Assembly (NCBI GenBank): GCA_036172245.1
Contig: JAYWIR010000033.1
Span: forward strand, 2,170,001-2,234,000
DNA length: 64,000 nucleotides
Source: Raillietiella orientalis
Lineage: Eukaryota
Direction: 5' to 3'
Part shown: one piece after another, positions 26,191 through 59,721 of the stretch
How positions within the stretch are numbered: position 1 is the first letter of the stretch
Layout of the letters: every line of letters begins with the position of its first letter
The notes under the pieces: model-generated
What the model was told of the DNA's origin: nothing
What the model saw: only the letters and a program-made list of their open reading frames with translations
Database searches by the model: none
Translations under genes and position numbers: made by a program

Positions 26191-26935
26191 TTCCCTGACT
26201 CCTGTCAGTAAAATAGAAACACCTGACCAACGACCTTGTCCTCAGTCGCTGTCGTAGGACAGCGATTTCGTAGTAGGATCATCATCGTCTTCTAGCTCGA
26301 CCCTTTTGGCTCATCAGGCTGCATCACCGTCTACGGTCTTCATGTCTGAAGGAATCCCAGCACTGTCCCATTAACACGTCTTCTTGCTTGTCTCCAGCTT
26401 CAGGAACCCATCTAAACACTCTGATCCTGCCTGCCCTAACTGTATGCAAATCTCCGGAGAAATTTGTGCTTCTCGACCCTGGATGCCGAAAGCCACCTCG
26501 ATCACCTCAGTTGGGACTGCAGAGACCAACAGGAGCGGGAGTTCTAAGGTTTTGATTTGATCTCTCGTTGATTCCCTTCCGTTTCGGAGCAAGCACCGCC
26601 CAGCTCAGCATCGGCCATGATCATCCCTTTTCTGCTCCTCCTACGAATCTTACCTGTGTCAGCAAGCTATTCTTGCCGGTATCGGCTACTGCGACATCAG
26701 ACATGTGGAAGCAGGCTCACCCGCGGAGGTAGAGGGTCTGAAAGAGGGAGATCGCATCATCGAAGTCAATGGTGTCAGTGCAAGATCGCGGGCGGTGATA
26801 GAACTTTATGTCAAGCTAGAAGACAATGCCGATCCTACTGCTGAGTCGGTCCTATGACAGCGGCCGAAGTACAAGTATATCGACCAAGGTCGTTGGTCAG
26901 GTGTTTCTATTTCTTCACTGACAGAAGCTAGGGAA
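26191..26935. repeat. Inverted repeat: arms ~26191-26301 and ~26810-26935, ~0.5 kb spacer
   Basis: Perfect 28-bp core aaatagaaacacctgaccaacgaccttg at 26211-26238 with its reverse complement at 26885-26912. The flanks align with mismatches and one indel. Confidence 0.9.
26702..26779 (+). pseudogene. Isolated PDZ-domain fragment (NHERF-like)
   Basis: HVEAGSPAEVEGLKEGDRIIEVNGVS matches the PDZ core GSPA..AGL..GDRI.EVNG. The flanking PDZ elements are absent and the frame ends at a stop inside the inverted-repeat arm. Confidence 0.7.
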
Positions 26936-27739
26936 GCGAGCTCGTGAACGCTTCCACTCCGCGTTTCCGAGCAAAGGGACTCCTTCGGTGGAGCGACCTG
27001 CTTGGTGTGCCTTTCGAAAAACTCTAGCGACCTGAACCTTGAAAAAACTCTCTCAAGAATGAAGGGGTCACGAACACCTAGTGAGGGTAGTAGGTGTGAC
27101 CGGTAGGTTTGGGAGCTAGCCTTCGAACCAGTTCAAAATCTGGCGTCGAACCTCTCCATGGACTGGAAGGGACACATGATCTGGGAACCTTGTCCATAGA
27201 GGCTTGTGAAGAAGAATGTGGTCCTCGTAGTGGAAGTGAGGATAGTCTCACTAAGGGCTCCACCAGAGCTTCCCAGATTCTGGCGAGCACCCGAATGTCG
27301 ATGAAGTGGAAAGCAGTCAGCGAAAAGTTCTCCTGTTGCAGTGACCAGCTCTGTTTCCCAGAACGTTGTCAGCTTGGTCATCGGTCATCGAAGGCTGTCA
27401 GAAGGGAAAAAAAGGTGGACGAAAGATGCAGTGAAGAAGAAGCATCTCGGTCTCAATACAATGCGAAAAGAAAAGATGAGAAAACGGAAGGAGACAAGTC
27501 ATCAAAAGAAGGTCAATCAAAATGTCTTAAAAAGTCCCTTTCCGTCTAGTGAGAGAGAGATCGTGCAAGAACTCGAGCTACAGGAATAAATCCCTTATCG
27601 GAACTTGTTGGTCACTTCCATTCCTTCCTGCTTGCATTTCTTTGGGCATCCCTCTATCCACCATCCATGAGAGAAATCATCATTCTCAAATCAGGAATAA
27701 TGTGATCTGATTCCTGACCGATCTGATTCCGTCGTTTCC

Positions 27740-28320
27740 ACTCACTCACCCTTCACAACCACCCATCATTAATAATACTACCTGTTATTAACAAAACTGT
27801 TAGTCATTAAGAGCTTCCTATTACCAAGAATAACAAGTCACTAAATTATCCCTGATAACAGCCTACCATCAAAGGAAGGACTCATCGTTAACAACTAGCC
27901 ATTGCTTACAAATATCCAATACTTACAGCTACTCCCGCGTTTGCACCTTCCCTTCTTCTACAACCACTCATCATCAACGGGATTACCCAGTGTTCACTAT
28001 CCGCCACTCACAAGTAGAGGGCATTTAGTGCTACCCTGAAATGACAGTCACCAACTGTTCAGTGTACAGCTACTCTTTATTTACAATTACTCATCATTAA
28101 TAATAAAGCAACCTATCATCATGAAAACTGCTAAACATTGAAAGCCTCCTATACTATCCTTTCTCAACAGCCACCCATCATCAAAGTAATTCAACATTAT
28201 TAATAAAACTACGATCCTTAATAATCCCTCTCATTCTTAACAAGTACCCACCACTTACAACCACCGAGCATTTACTGTTACACAAAGCTTACCCTGCTTT
28301 CACAGCTACCCAGAGCATAC
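27740..28320. repeat. G-poor degenerate tandem/low-complexity region
   Basis: Recurrent acaacYacYcatcat motifs. The segments at ~27756-27820 and ~28083-28152 are diverged copies. Marked G depletion on the + strand. Confidence 0.6.
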
Positions 28321-30129
28321 ATAAGCAACCATTGGTGAGATGGCACTGTCTTCATTTGTCTACCTATTACCCTTCATCTGCAACATTCTGAACATGGCAG
28401 AATCTTCTCCCCACTTTTTATCATCCATCATCACCTGTACCATTCGATCAATTCCGAGTCATCATTTCCCGTATAATAGCACCATCAGCGTTAGCAATTT
28501 CCATGACCGTAGTTTATTCGCCTACTTTCTACCTAGAGTGAGTAATGCCCGCTATCTGCTCACATATGGGTGACACAGTTGGTCACAAATGAGCTGTCTC
28601 ATTCTCTTACTTTTCCGCATGGCAAACACCCGTGAACCACTATCACATATCATCTTCTGCGACATCACCTTCTCCCCATCGCTATTCCTCCAGATCCCTC
28701 CATCTTCCAGACTCAGTACCCCTCTCAGAAGTTTTACGAGAATGCACATACCTAGTGTCAATTTCCAATCCAGTAGTCATCAGCTTCATCGCTTGCACCT
28801 CAGTCTCTCTGTTGGTCTTTGGACCTTTGGAAAAATTCACGCTCCAGGCACCACTGTTTAGAAAAAGAAGAGATCCGTTTCAGCCAGTTGAGGTAGAAGG
28901 ATGCTGAAGAGAAGCCTAGCAGGGGGCATCTAGAAAAGACATTTGCTGAAAAGTGCGTTTGTCTCATCCGCGCACCTCCGAAACGCCACGCCCAAGCTTC
29001 TCGCGGTCTGGTCCACGGTCTCGGCCGAGGATGCAGGATTCTTGAATCAACCAGGTGGCAATGCGGCTCAGCCACTTGGATTCCTTCTAGTGGTTTCAGA
29101 ATCTCAGGCTTCACCACGTACTGCTCCCACTCCTTTGCCTCTTTCCCTCTAGGGAAGGATCAAAGGAACGAACACACAAGATGTTGTAGTGGTTTCCCTG
29201 GGTAGAGTGCAGCCATCTCCTTCTCAGTCGAAGCCTCTGCTGCTGTCTGTGTTCCTCCTGAAGAGTAAGCGTGCAAACTCGAAACCTCAACTCACCACCA
29301 TCACTAACTGCAACTGTTGACTAGCTTGAATAAGTCAGTGACCGCAAGCGATTGCCCCTTTGCTTAGCGCAACGGTCGATTTGTCGACGAGATGTCTCTG
29401 ACTACCTCACCTGCTCGACAAGGCTGAGGTCACTTTGCTGCAAGCGGCTGCTCTTGACCTCTCCGAGGCCAACAGTGCAGAGTCTATCCTAGAGGATATT
29501 GCGGGTCTGTGCGAGCGATACCTACCAGATACCGCGCCGATCTCATGTGTAAGGGGTCTCTGGTAGGGTAGACGTCCCTGAAGCATGTCCTCAATCACTG
29601 CATCGGGGACGCACATTCCAGAACGCCGAAAGGTACGACGAACTGGTGGTCTGGAACAAGAGGGCTCTTCAATAAAAGTGAGAGCTGGTGGACTCCCACG
29701 AACCCATTCCCGGCAGGTTCGACACTGAGATCGGATGTGCTGCTCCGAAATGACGGGGGCCTGTCAATGGTAAACCCTTCCCGCGAATGACAATCTTCTG
29801 CTGAAGCACCTGGAGGAGACGAAAGGAGAGAAGAACTAGTCTTTCGCCTTCGCCACAATGTACCAGAATCCATCAGAGAGATGGTCGTAACATCCTTTGG
29901 TTCACCACCCTCCGAGGAGAATATCAACCATCCCTTTGGTAGACGATGAAGAGCCCCCTTCCATCACGTACCACGAAGGGGAGGGGACAGCTCCATTTTC
30001 ACAAGCTAAGAGGAACCACGAAGGAAACCCGGAAGGTAAACTTTAAATGTCAGCCACTCAACGGGGCATCCGGTTTGCCGTTTTTACCAGTGCAGCTCCC
30101 GAGTATAGATGCACCGGCTTCATCTTGAG

Positions 30130-30850
30130 AGGGGAACCCACGAAGTACCCATTTCTTTGGCGTCGATTCTTTTGGAAAAGATTCAAACTCTCAACGCTTT
30201 GGCACCACGCGTATCGCGGGCGTGTGGCTGAGTTCGTGAACAGTAATGAACTCTTGATTGTATTGAAGACCCTTGGGGAAGGGGCAAAGCTTGTCAGGGA
30301 GAAAATGCTGTGCTTCCGGAAACACCACTGCAGAATGGCACGTGTTGGTCCAACGCCTTCGTGAGACCACAGCCTCGAGCGGGATGGTGGTGGAATGGAG
30401 AGAACAGCCAGGCAGGAAAGATGTGATGATTTAGTTGAGATTCCTCAGACCATTAGCGAAACACGAGCACGAATGTATCCCACCGAAAGATGAAGAGGGT
30501 CTGGGGCATCTCATGTCTGTCGCACTGAGCAGAGAGTCTAAGACGCCTAGCGATGATAGCAGGAATATCTGGATGTTGGTGAGCCAAGAGCACGTCCGAA
30601 TTCAGGTAGAACTTGCGTTTCAGAAAGAAGAATGTACGAGAATTTACGGGACACCATGGAGTGGATATTCCATAGGCCATGGATGACCATCAGAAACTGC
30701 GAGCAGTTCGCAACAAGCGGCAACCTCCAGCAGATGCGAATGTTTCGCTTCGTTACGAAGACGGTAGGACATTTTTGCCACAAGTATCGAGAATTCTGGG
30801 AAAACCAAATCCAACTGCTGGCTCCTGATGACCAGAGCAAACATCCGAGA
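30130..30850 (+). mobile_element. Degenerate Gypsy pol remnant (RT end and RNase H)
   Basis: FGVDS (PFG..SA), ELLIVLKTLGEGAKLVREKMLCF (RT end), DHQKLRAVRNK...RILGKPNPTAG (RNase H TDH.PL...GK.N..AD). Confidence 0.45.
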
Positions 30851-31339
30851 AGCGGCAGCAAGGAACCTGGATCAGGATCACGGTCTATCAGCGGCCGCCA
30901 GCCGCTACGGTTGGTGCCAGATGAACCTGATGGAGGTCGGGAATTTCTCAGCGTTCGACGCTCACAGGAGGCAAGTGCTGCAGCCAACGCAGGATCCAAC
31001 GAAACGAGACACTGATATTCCTTGAGTCAATTCACCCAGATGGAGCGATGACCATTTCCTACATGAGGCATCAGTGCACTTTTTCGCCCAGAGGCAGATA
31101 CGTTCGGATCGCACATTCGAAACTGATCCTGTCTACATGGTAGTCAGTCATTGCCCATAAGGTGCGCAACATGAAAGGAACCTATGAGGCACACTTTCAA
31201 CAGATGCTCCAAGAGTTGAATAGCGATCGTGAAGAGGCAAGCAGGACATGAATAACTGGTAGCATACCTCAAGAGAAACGCCAATGAAAATTAGGTACTG
31301 GTGGCCCCAAATTAATCATTTCTTAGCATATATATAAAG

Positions 31340-31710
31340 CTGACCAGGTGCTCCAGGAAGAAGGCAAAGTGGTTATGTTGGACCCCATATTCAGCAGCAG
31401 CATTAGAATGAGAAAGACAGAAAGGAAAGCAAACACAGAGAGGATCCACAGTCCACTTCCCCTTCCGCAACAACGAGAGCCTTCGTCGTAAGTTCTCTGG
31501 AATCTTAGAGTTCCAGAAACAGTCAACTGTCGAGGGAACAGAAGAATTCTGGAGAAGCAGGCAGAGCAAATAAAAATGTGAATAAGATTCTCGGATATCA
31601 AGCATTCCTGGGACGCACACTGAAAGCATGGAATGGCTCACTGACCGCAATGACCTCATTAATTACAGCCTTGCCGTGAGCACAACTCGAAGAGGGCAGG
31701 CAGGCGTACA
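31340..31710 (+). mobile_element. LINE RT fragment, diverged copy of 39020-39380
   Basis: Shares cacagagaggatccacagtccacttcccct exactly with ~39105 and is colinear with it over ~370 bp. Confidence 0.5.
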
Positions 31711-32800
31711 GGATTGTGTCCCTTCATCTCCTTTGTAAACGCGGTTGACTAAATTTTAAACAGATTCCGAGAACCACATATCTTAGATCTCAAACCGAGC
31801 ACTGCGAAGGAAGAGTGAAGGAAGACCCCAAAATGCCTCGCGAAGAAATGTAGATCAACCCTTTAGGTGGATTTTCTTCGGCTCGCATTCGACTCGGGTG
31901 ACAATCTCAGAAGTTTCTCTGGACTCATTTCCAGTATTCACCAGCTTCGTCTTTCTAAAGTGAATTTGATGAGGTGCTCCCATTCTCTTCGCATGCATCA
32001 TGAGAAAAGCTGGGAGTAAGGACGACTTCTTGGACTTTGGGACGACTCGACTATGCTCAAAGGATGCCCGCATGGAACCCTCTTACGCATCAGAGCTCCG
32101 GTACAATACTCTCGCTCGAGTATTTGCCGCTACCATCATCGAGTCCCACGCCGACGGCGATCCAGACGAGCTCGCGCATAAAGCATTGTGCTCACACCCG
32201 CCGAACCGTCCTCCAGCAGCACAGAGCCTGAAGTCTGCCCCGGGGATCGTGTTCTGGACCAACTCCCAAGTGCCAGCCCTCCCCAGAGCCGTCAGCTTCG
32301 ACAGGTGAGTCACTGAAGACACTCCTTAGCGGATTCTGACTTCCTTGGCTACCGTCCTGCTGTCCACAGCAACCAACACTTCCCACGGTATTTGATGACA
32401 ACCATAGTTTGGTTCATCCCTCAGCTGCAGTCCTGCTTACCAGAATGGGCCGTGGATCCGGCAGACCGGACTCCAGAGTTGGGGCAAGCCGGAAGTCTCT
32501 CCGATTTCAATTTTGAGAAGAGGTTGAAGACACTCCAGCCCCGAGGTTCATAGCCATTTGATTTGTTGGGTGGGGCTTCGTTCTGCTGCTTCTAGGAGCG
32601 CCAACTTATCCGGTGAGAAACTTTCGGAAGGAACCGGAACCGGTCGAAAGATGGGTCGTTTCGTCTTTCTCCCCTACAGAGGACTCTCACTTCCAGTTTG
32701 CGCTTTGTCTTCTCCGTCCTGGCCAGACCGAGTGGCCCGCTCAGCTGGTTCTCATGAGAATGGTTGTGGTTTCAGGGTGCGGGCGAGAGGGTGCGCCCCC

Positions 32801-33556
32801 TATGAATCCAGGAAGGACTCGGAGTCCGTTCCTCTCACGCTTGAGGAGGGATCCTCCCCGGACGGGGGGGGATCTCACCTCCCACCCTGGTTGTCTTCGA
32901 AGGGGAACCCCGAAGGGAATCTCCTTCCTCATTCTCTCCAGAGGGACACCCCCTGGGAGGGGGGTGGTCCTCTCTATTTCATCTTCTCCGAAGGGAACCT
33001 GGAAAGGATCCGCTATCAGGAATTTCTTCTCCGGAGGGAACCCGCAAGGGAAACTCTCCTGTTCACTCCTCTGAAGAGAACCCCGAAGGAACGCTTCCGA
33101 AATTCAGAAAGGGCGCTGCAGCTTCCCACAGGGGGATTCCTTGCACTCTTCTGGAGAGGCGGCTATACTTGAGGGTCCCTCCTGCAACAGGGGGGGAATC
33201 CATTCCTTTAAACAACTGGATAGGTGCCCGTGAGAGCTCCTGCTCCATCTTGGAACCAGAGGGGTCTCCTGGTGAGGAGGGTCCGCTCTCCGCTGCACGA
33301 CAGGAGGGTGAACTCCCCACTCCTTGATTCCTGGGAGGAACCGAAGGTCGACTTCCATTGTTCCGGCCTTCATCGGGGGCCTCCGGCTTAATCCACCGCC
33401 GGTACCACGCCCGAATGTCTCGGCCAACCAGCGCCATTGCAGGAGAAACTCAGAACTCGACAACGCAGTGGCGTCAGAGTTTCTGCCGGAGTATTCGAAC
33501 CCGCGACGCATGGTGCCACGCCCGGAAGCCTTAACCACAAAGCCTCCGCCGCGGGC
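32801..33556 (-). mobile_element. tRNA-derived SINE, copy 2 (no poly(A), no direct TSD)
   Basis: Colinear and highly similar to 13461-14215 from tatgaatccagga to agcctccg.cgcgggc, including the A/B-box-like head. Confidence 0.88.
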
Positions 33557-33819
33557 TCGCACCCTGAAACCACAACCATTTTTCCCTAAGAGAAGTCGTT
33601 TTTGCTTGCCAGGAAGCACGAAGTTCGATCGGTGACTCAGAATGACAGCCATAAAGTATGATTTCTCTCGATAGAAGGACGATCCACCACCGCGGACGTT
33701 GGTGCTATTTGGGGCTCGAGAGAAATCCAAAAAGCCTGGTAGTGAGAAATCTCAAAAATCGCTCACGAAATAATCACGGATGCTGGAAACCCTCAAAAGC
33801 GATGAAGAGGCAGTTATTA

Positions 33820-34800
33820 AATCAACAGCTACCTGATGCGGAAACAAGTACTCCGACATCCATCTTGGCTCCTGAATTTTTCGGGATAGCTGGCTTCCTG
33901 CTGGATGCTGCTCCTTCGGAAATCGGCAACGATTTGCATAAGCGGCGAGAACGGCATCTCCGGACCGAGAGATGAAAGTTCCGGAAGATGCGCACAGAAT
34001 ATCCTTCCCAGGAAAATAAAAACGCACCACGCAGAGAACGCTGAGTCATTTCTTGCGAACTGATCTTTCGGTAATGTGATGCGAAAAGGACCAGGCTGCG
34101 GGTACTTAAAGGATTCGAGAAAGCACTTCCGGGTTTGTAGGGGAACGGGTTCCTGTGCAAAGGGGTGAGTGGGTGGTGATCCCGCGCAGGCGGTAGCATG
34201 AAGAATTGGAGATTTGAATCAGAACGTAATGATTCTATTGATCAGTCATTAACATTCCTGTCTCTGATCCCTCCTTTCTCTTCAGTTACTTCGATAATGA
34301 CGATTGTTTTCCCTTATGCGTTTGTCGTGAGCTCCCCTTCTCGAAGACCTCTCCTTCTATGAGGATGGGCCCAAGAATAGTGACCGAAAGATCTTTTGAT
34401 GATGAGAACAACGATCCGCAAGGTAGCCAGGGAGCAAAGGTGAGGATCCAAGCATTCCAATAAACTCTGCAGAATTTTCATTTTCCAAGTCATCTACGCT
34501 GAGAGGAAACTCCCGTGAGGTGCACGTCATAAAAATGCGCTTGGCGCAACCCTTTCTGTCCAAAGCGCAAGTCTGAGAGAGCGCTGATAAGAACAAAGTA
34601 GGAGAAGGGGTTCGTCCTTGAAGTTGCATCCTTACATAACGGATGATTAGTTTACCAGAAGGTGATATGCAGTGGAACGCACGAGTCACCTTTATGGGTC
34701 AGACGGGAGCTCCCCTTCTCGAAGACCGCTCCTTCTATGAGGATGGGCCCAAGAATGGCCACCGAAAGATCTTTCGATGATGGGTTCAACTGCCTACTCT
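33820..34800 (-). pseudogene. Second degenerate ankyrin-repeat gene fragment, with an internal 84-bp direct repeat
   Basis: ARDHHPLTPLH, FEKGSSRLTHKGDSCVPLHI, QGRTP, GSSPLL and NSGAKMDV resemble ankyrin motifs. The direct repeat at 34329-34412 / 34707-34790 is offset by 378 bp, which is in frame. Confidence 0.4.
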
Positions 34801-36050
34801 GATACCTGCAGGAGGGACCAACTGAATGGCTGAGACGCAATGGTGGCAGAAGAAAGGAACGTCGCAAAAATCGGCTGCTGTTGAGTTGCATTTGCCTACT
34901 CTGCTGCTGCTTTTGCCTGACGAAAGAACATCGGAGGACCTCTTCGCGGAACGAAATCCCCGCTAGCAATGGTACGCGCATCTTTGGACGTCGACCGATT
35001 TATCCAGAATCAAAGCAGATAATTAGGTGGGCGAGACCGAATCTGATTTGCTGCCATGTGGCAGCAAATCAGATTGGATTCGCGGGAGATGGATGATGCA
35101 TCTTTCACTGAGAAGGAATCTAAAATCCAGCTTCCAGAATTAGAAGAAGAAGAACAAAAACGCGGTTTTGTGATGAATCCAAAAAAAAAAAAAAAAACAG
35201 CTCTTGCCGTGATTGCATTCTCACATGTGGTCCATATTTGCAGTCGTTTTCAGTTAGCGTGCTGGAAGGGAAAAATAAATGGGCTGCCAACTTATGAAAA
35301 ATCGGAAGCGTCCAGAATGAAGAGCTTCCCGGTAGGCATTTAGAGTTCTCATGCTCCTAATTCTGGCTCCGCCAGCTCAGTTTTGAGCATTCGCGTGATT
35401 TTATGAACGAAAGGAGGTCTAATTTTCCGATTAAAAAGCATCCAGCGAAGTTCATTCACGCGTCAGCACCACAGAAAGTGGCAATATCGGTGCTGCTGCG
35501 GTACTCTTGAAGTCATCAACAAGAAGGAACTGTCCATTTCCTTTTATTAGCCACTGATCTGTCACTAGAAAGAACTGATGCAAGGGATGCACGGCAGCCT
35601 CGGATCATTTCTGCAAATACCAAAATCAGAAAAGGACAACTTTGCTAGTTTTGGGGGAAAAGGAACGGAGATGAGCGCAAAGATCTGCGAGACCCACTCC
35701 AAAAGCTTTCTGTTGCCTTTTTCTCGGGAGGATAAAAGGGAACTGAAAAATCTTAATAACATCGAAATGAATTCTTGTTCAACAACTGCTGAAACATTTT
35801 CAGATTCAGCGCAACAGGAGCCGAATCGAGAGGGCGTGCCCTCGCTGTTCGGGAAGAGAAGGGTCGGCTCCGCTCTGGAGGGAAAAGGCGGCAGCATGCA
35901 AACACTCATTTTGACCACCAATGCCGGTTTGACATCGACCTCATCCAACGCGTCGCCATAGTGCCTGTGCCAGCGTGTCCATTGAAATGGAGATGCACTG
36001 CCGGTGTTTGCTGAACCTGTCCACCGAAAACCGTTCGGATCCACAAAGGG

Positions 36051-57501
<21,451 letters not shown>

Positions 57502-59721
57502 CTGAAACGAAGCAGAGAAGTGAGATTTTTCTTGAGGAGATCTCTTAGGCAAAGACGAAAGACGCAATGGAGCCGCCTGATGCGATCCTAGATGTGAGAG
57601 AGATGGAACTGCTCGGCAAAAAGCCATGGATCTTACTCTCAGTTACTGGCCGGGCACAGTGAGACAGGAGAGAGTCAGGAATCCTCGTTTTGTTCGAGGG
57701 ATGTCGCTGTACCCCGATCCACCGTGACCCCACTTTTCTCCCCGAGGACCTGACCCCAAAGGTCTTCCTCCTGAAAACCTCCGTCGCACTTGGTCTCACC
57801 CTATCTCTCTTCGCAGCTCAGAGCCTCGAGACGAAACTCTTGACCTCAAAAACGGGAATCGCCCTTCTTTGCACTTCTTCTCTCCCTCGACTCCACCGCT
57901 TCCCCTGCAGCCACCATGGAAAGAGCACAAGTGGGAGGATGCGGCATGCCCGCTCGAAAAAAAAAATCAGAGGGCGTTATCTCCATGGCTCTTTTCCCGT
58001 TGTGGTTGCCCCGATTAGCTCCAGGATCCCACGACTGCTCGGCTAGGATAGTGGGAGCCATTTCTCTTCCCGCGTAATCTCTAATCGCTTCCCCAACCAT
58101 ATCTGGACCGGCACCTGTTTAGGAGGGGTTCTTTTGCGGGAGCGGGCTGCTTCCCTATAATCTCGAACGCGGCACTTTGGATTTTCACGCCCGTGCGGCG
58201 GCAGAAATCGCCCTTCCGTTCCGACCACCTTTACCGCCTCGGAATCTGAGGTGGAGACACTGGGGAGAGGCTTCGAGACATTCCCTTGGGGCACGAAAAA
58301 GCGAAGAGGAAAAAAAAAGAACATCCTCTTCTCCGGTTGGAAAGATGAGGAACCCTTCGGGTCACGGAAAAAAGCAAGCACCCAATGTTCCAGAATTGAT
58401 TGTGTACGTTCCGGGACCCATTCCCGCTTTCCCCGAAGAGAGTCGCACTCCTAGCCGCGAGAATCCTCCTACCCGAGCGTCACGGTTTCGAGGATCCACC
58501 CGTTCGCGGTTGCTCCAGGGAGTCCCCTCCTACCGCGTTGCCCGTCCGCCTGTATCTAGCGAGTAATGTGAGCGATACGAGGACGGAAGAGTCCACTGCC
58601 CTCTGAGGCTATCGGGGCTGTTGATCTTGGGTTCGCTGTGCCCTCTCTCGCAAGCTCTCGAAGGTGGTGCTGATGATTGCATCTTGCCCTCTTGAGACCA
58701 GCTGGACATCTTGTTACCGAGGACAGTCAGGATCGCCAGAGCATGCCGCTTTCCATGGAGATCCTTTCCTCCATTCAGCTGACGCTGAGAAGGAAGCCAG
58801 AGGGGAAGAGGAAAGCGATGAAGAGGTCTGCAACCCGGCTTTCGGCCATGCTCGCCAGCCGGGTTTCCTGGATAAGAGGACGTTATCCCATGGGGTCGCA
58901 ATTGCTCTCGCAGCAATCCCACAAGGAATCTTCTGAGATTTCCTCTCGAGCGCCCAAACCGATTTTTTCCCCCTCCTTCTCCCAACAGCTAGGTCACGGA
59001 TGCGCCTGGCCTTCGGCCACGAGAGAGCAAGAATGTTTCGGCCAAGAGGATCTGCAACACTCTTACGTGATCGGGTCACCTTATCTATATGCCCAGATAT
59101 GTCGCGAGCTTCTGCTTGAATGGCGGCTATTTCCCCTTTGGATCGTTTCTCGCTTCATCTACAATTGGCCTACTTCTTGAAGGCATGACGATTTCAGAGG
59201 TGTGAGGGGGAGGGGAGCGGGGGAAGAAAAGGTGGATGAGGCAGTGATGTTTCTACTTATGGAAGTCACTGAGGATGGAAAGGCCTCCGGGCGACCTTTT
59301 CTTCCTGTTCAGCAAAGTGTGGGGCAGCTGAGAGAGCAAATGGTTTCGATTACAGGCCACTGTCCCCCTCCGGAAGTTTGCGGAAGCCGCCTTGAACACC
59401 CCTCCGGTCATTTGTCACACTTTGCCCGTGTCCAAGCACGAGCCGCACTGCGCCCTCATCTCGAGAAGTTGGGAGCGAAGGTGGCGGGTTCAGGGAGAGA
59501 GCAAAGAGGGGAGAGATCCCTGCTCAGACGACGTTGCCCGGAAAGCCCTGGACCGAAGCAACATCCAGCCCGTGCTGCACCTTCGCACAAGCTGCTAACC
59601 GTCTCTACAAAAGGCTTGCCCGCTGCTGGAATCGAGAGCATCCATTCTCAGGGGACGATGCCCTTTCGCCATCGCGGCAGACCTGGTTCAGACCTGGTTG
59701 AAAGAGACCACAGGTAACTCA

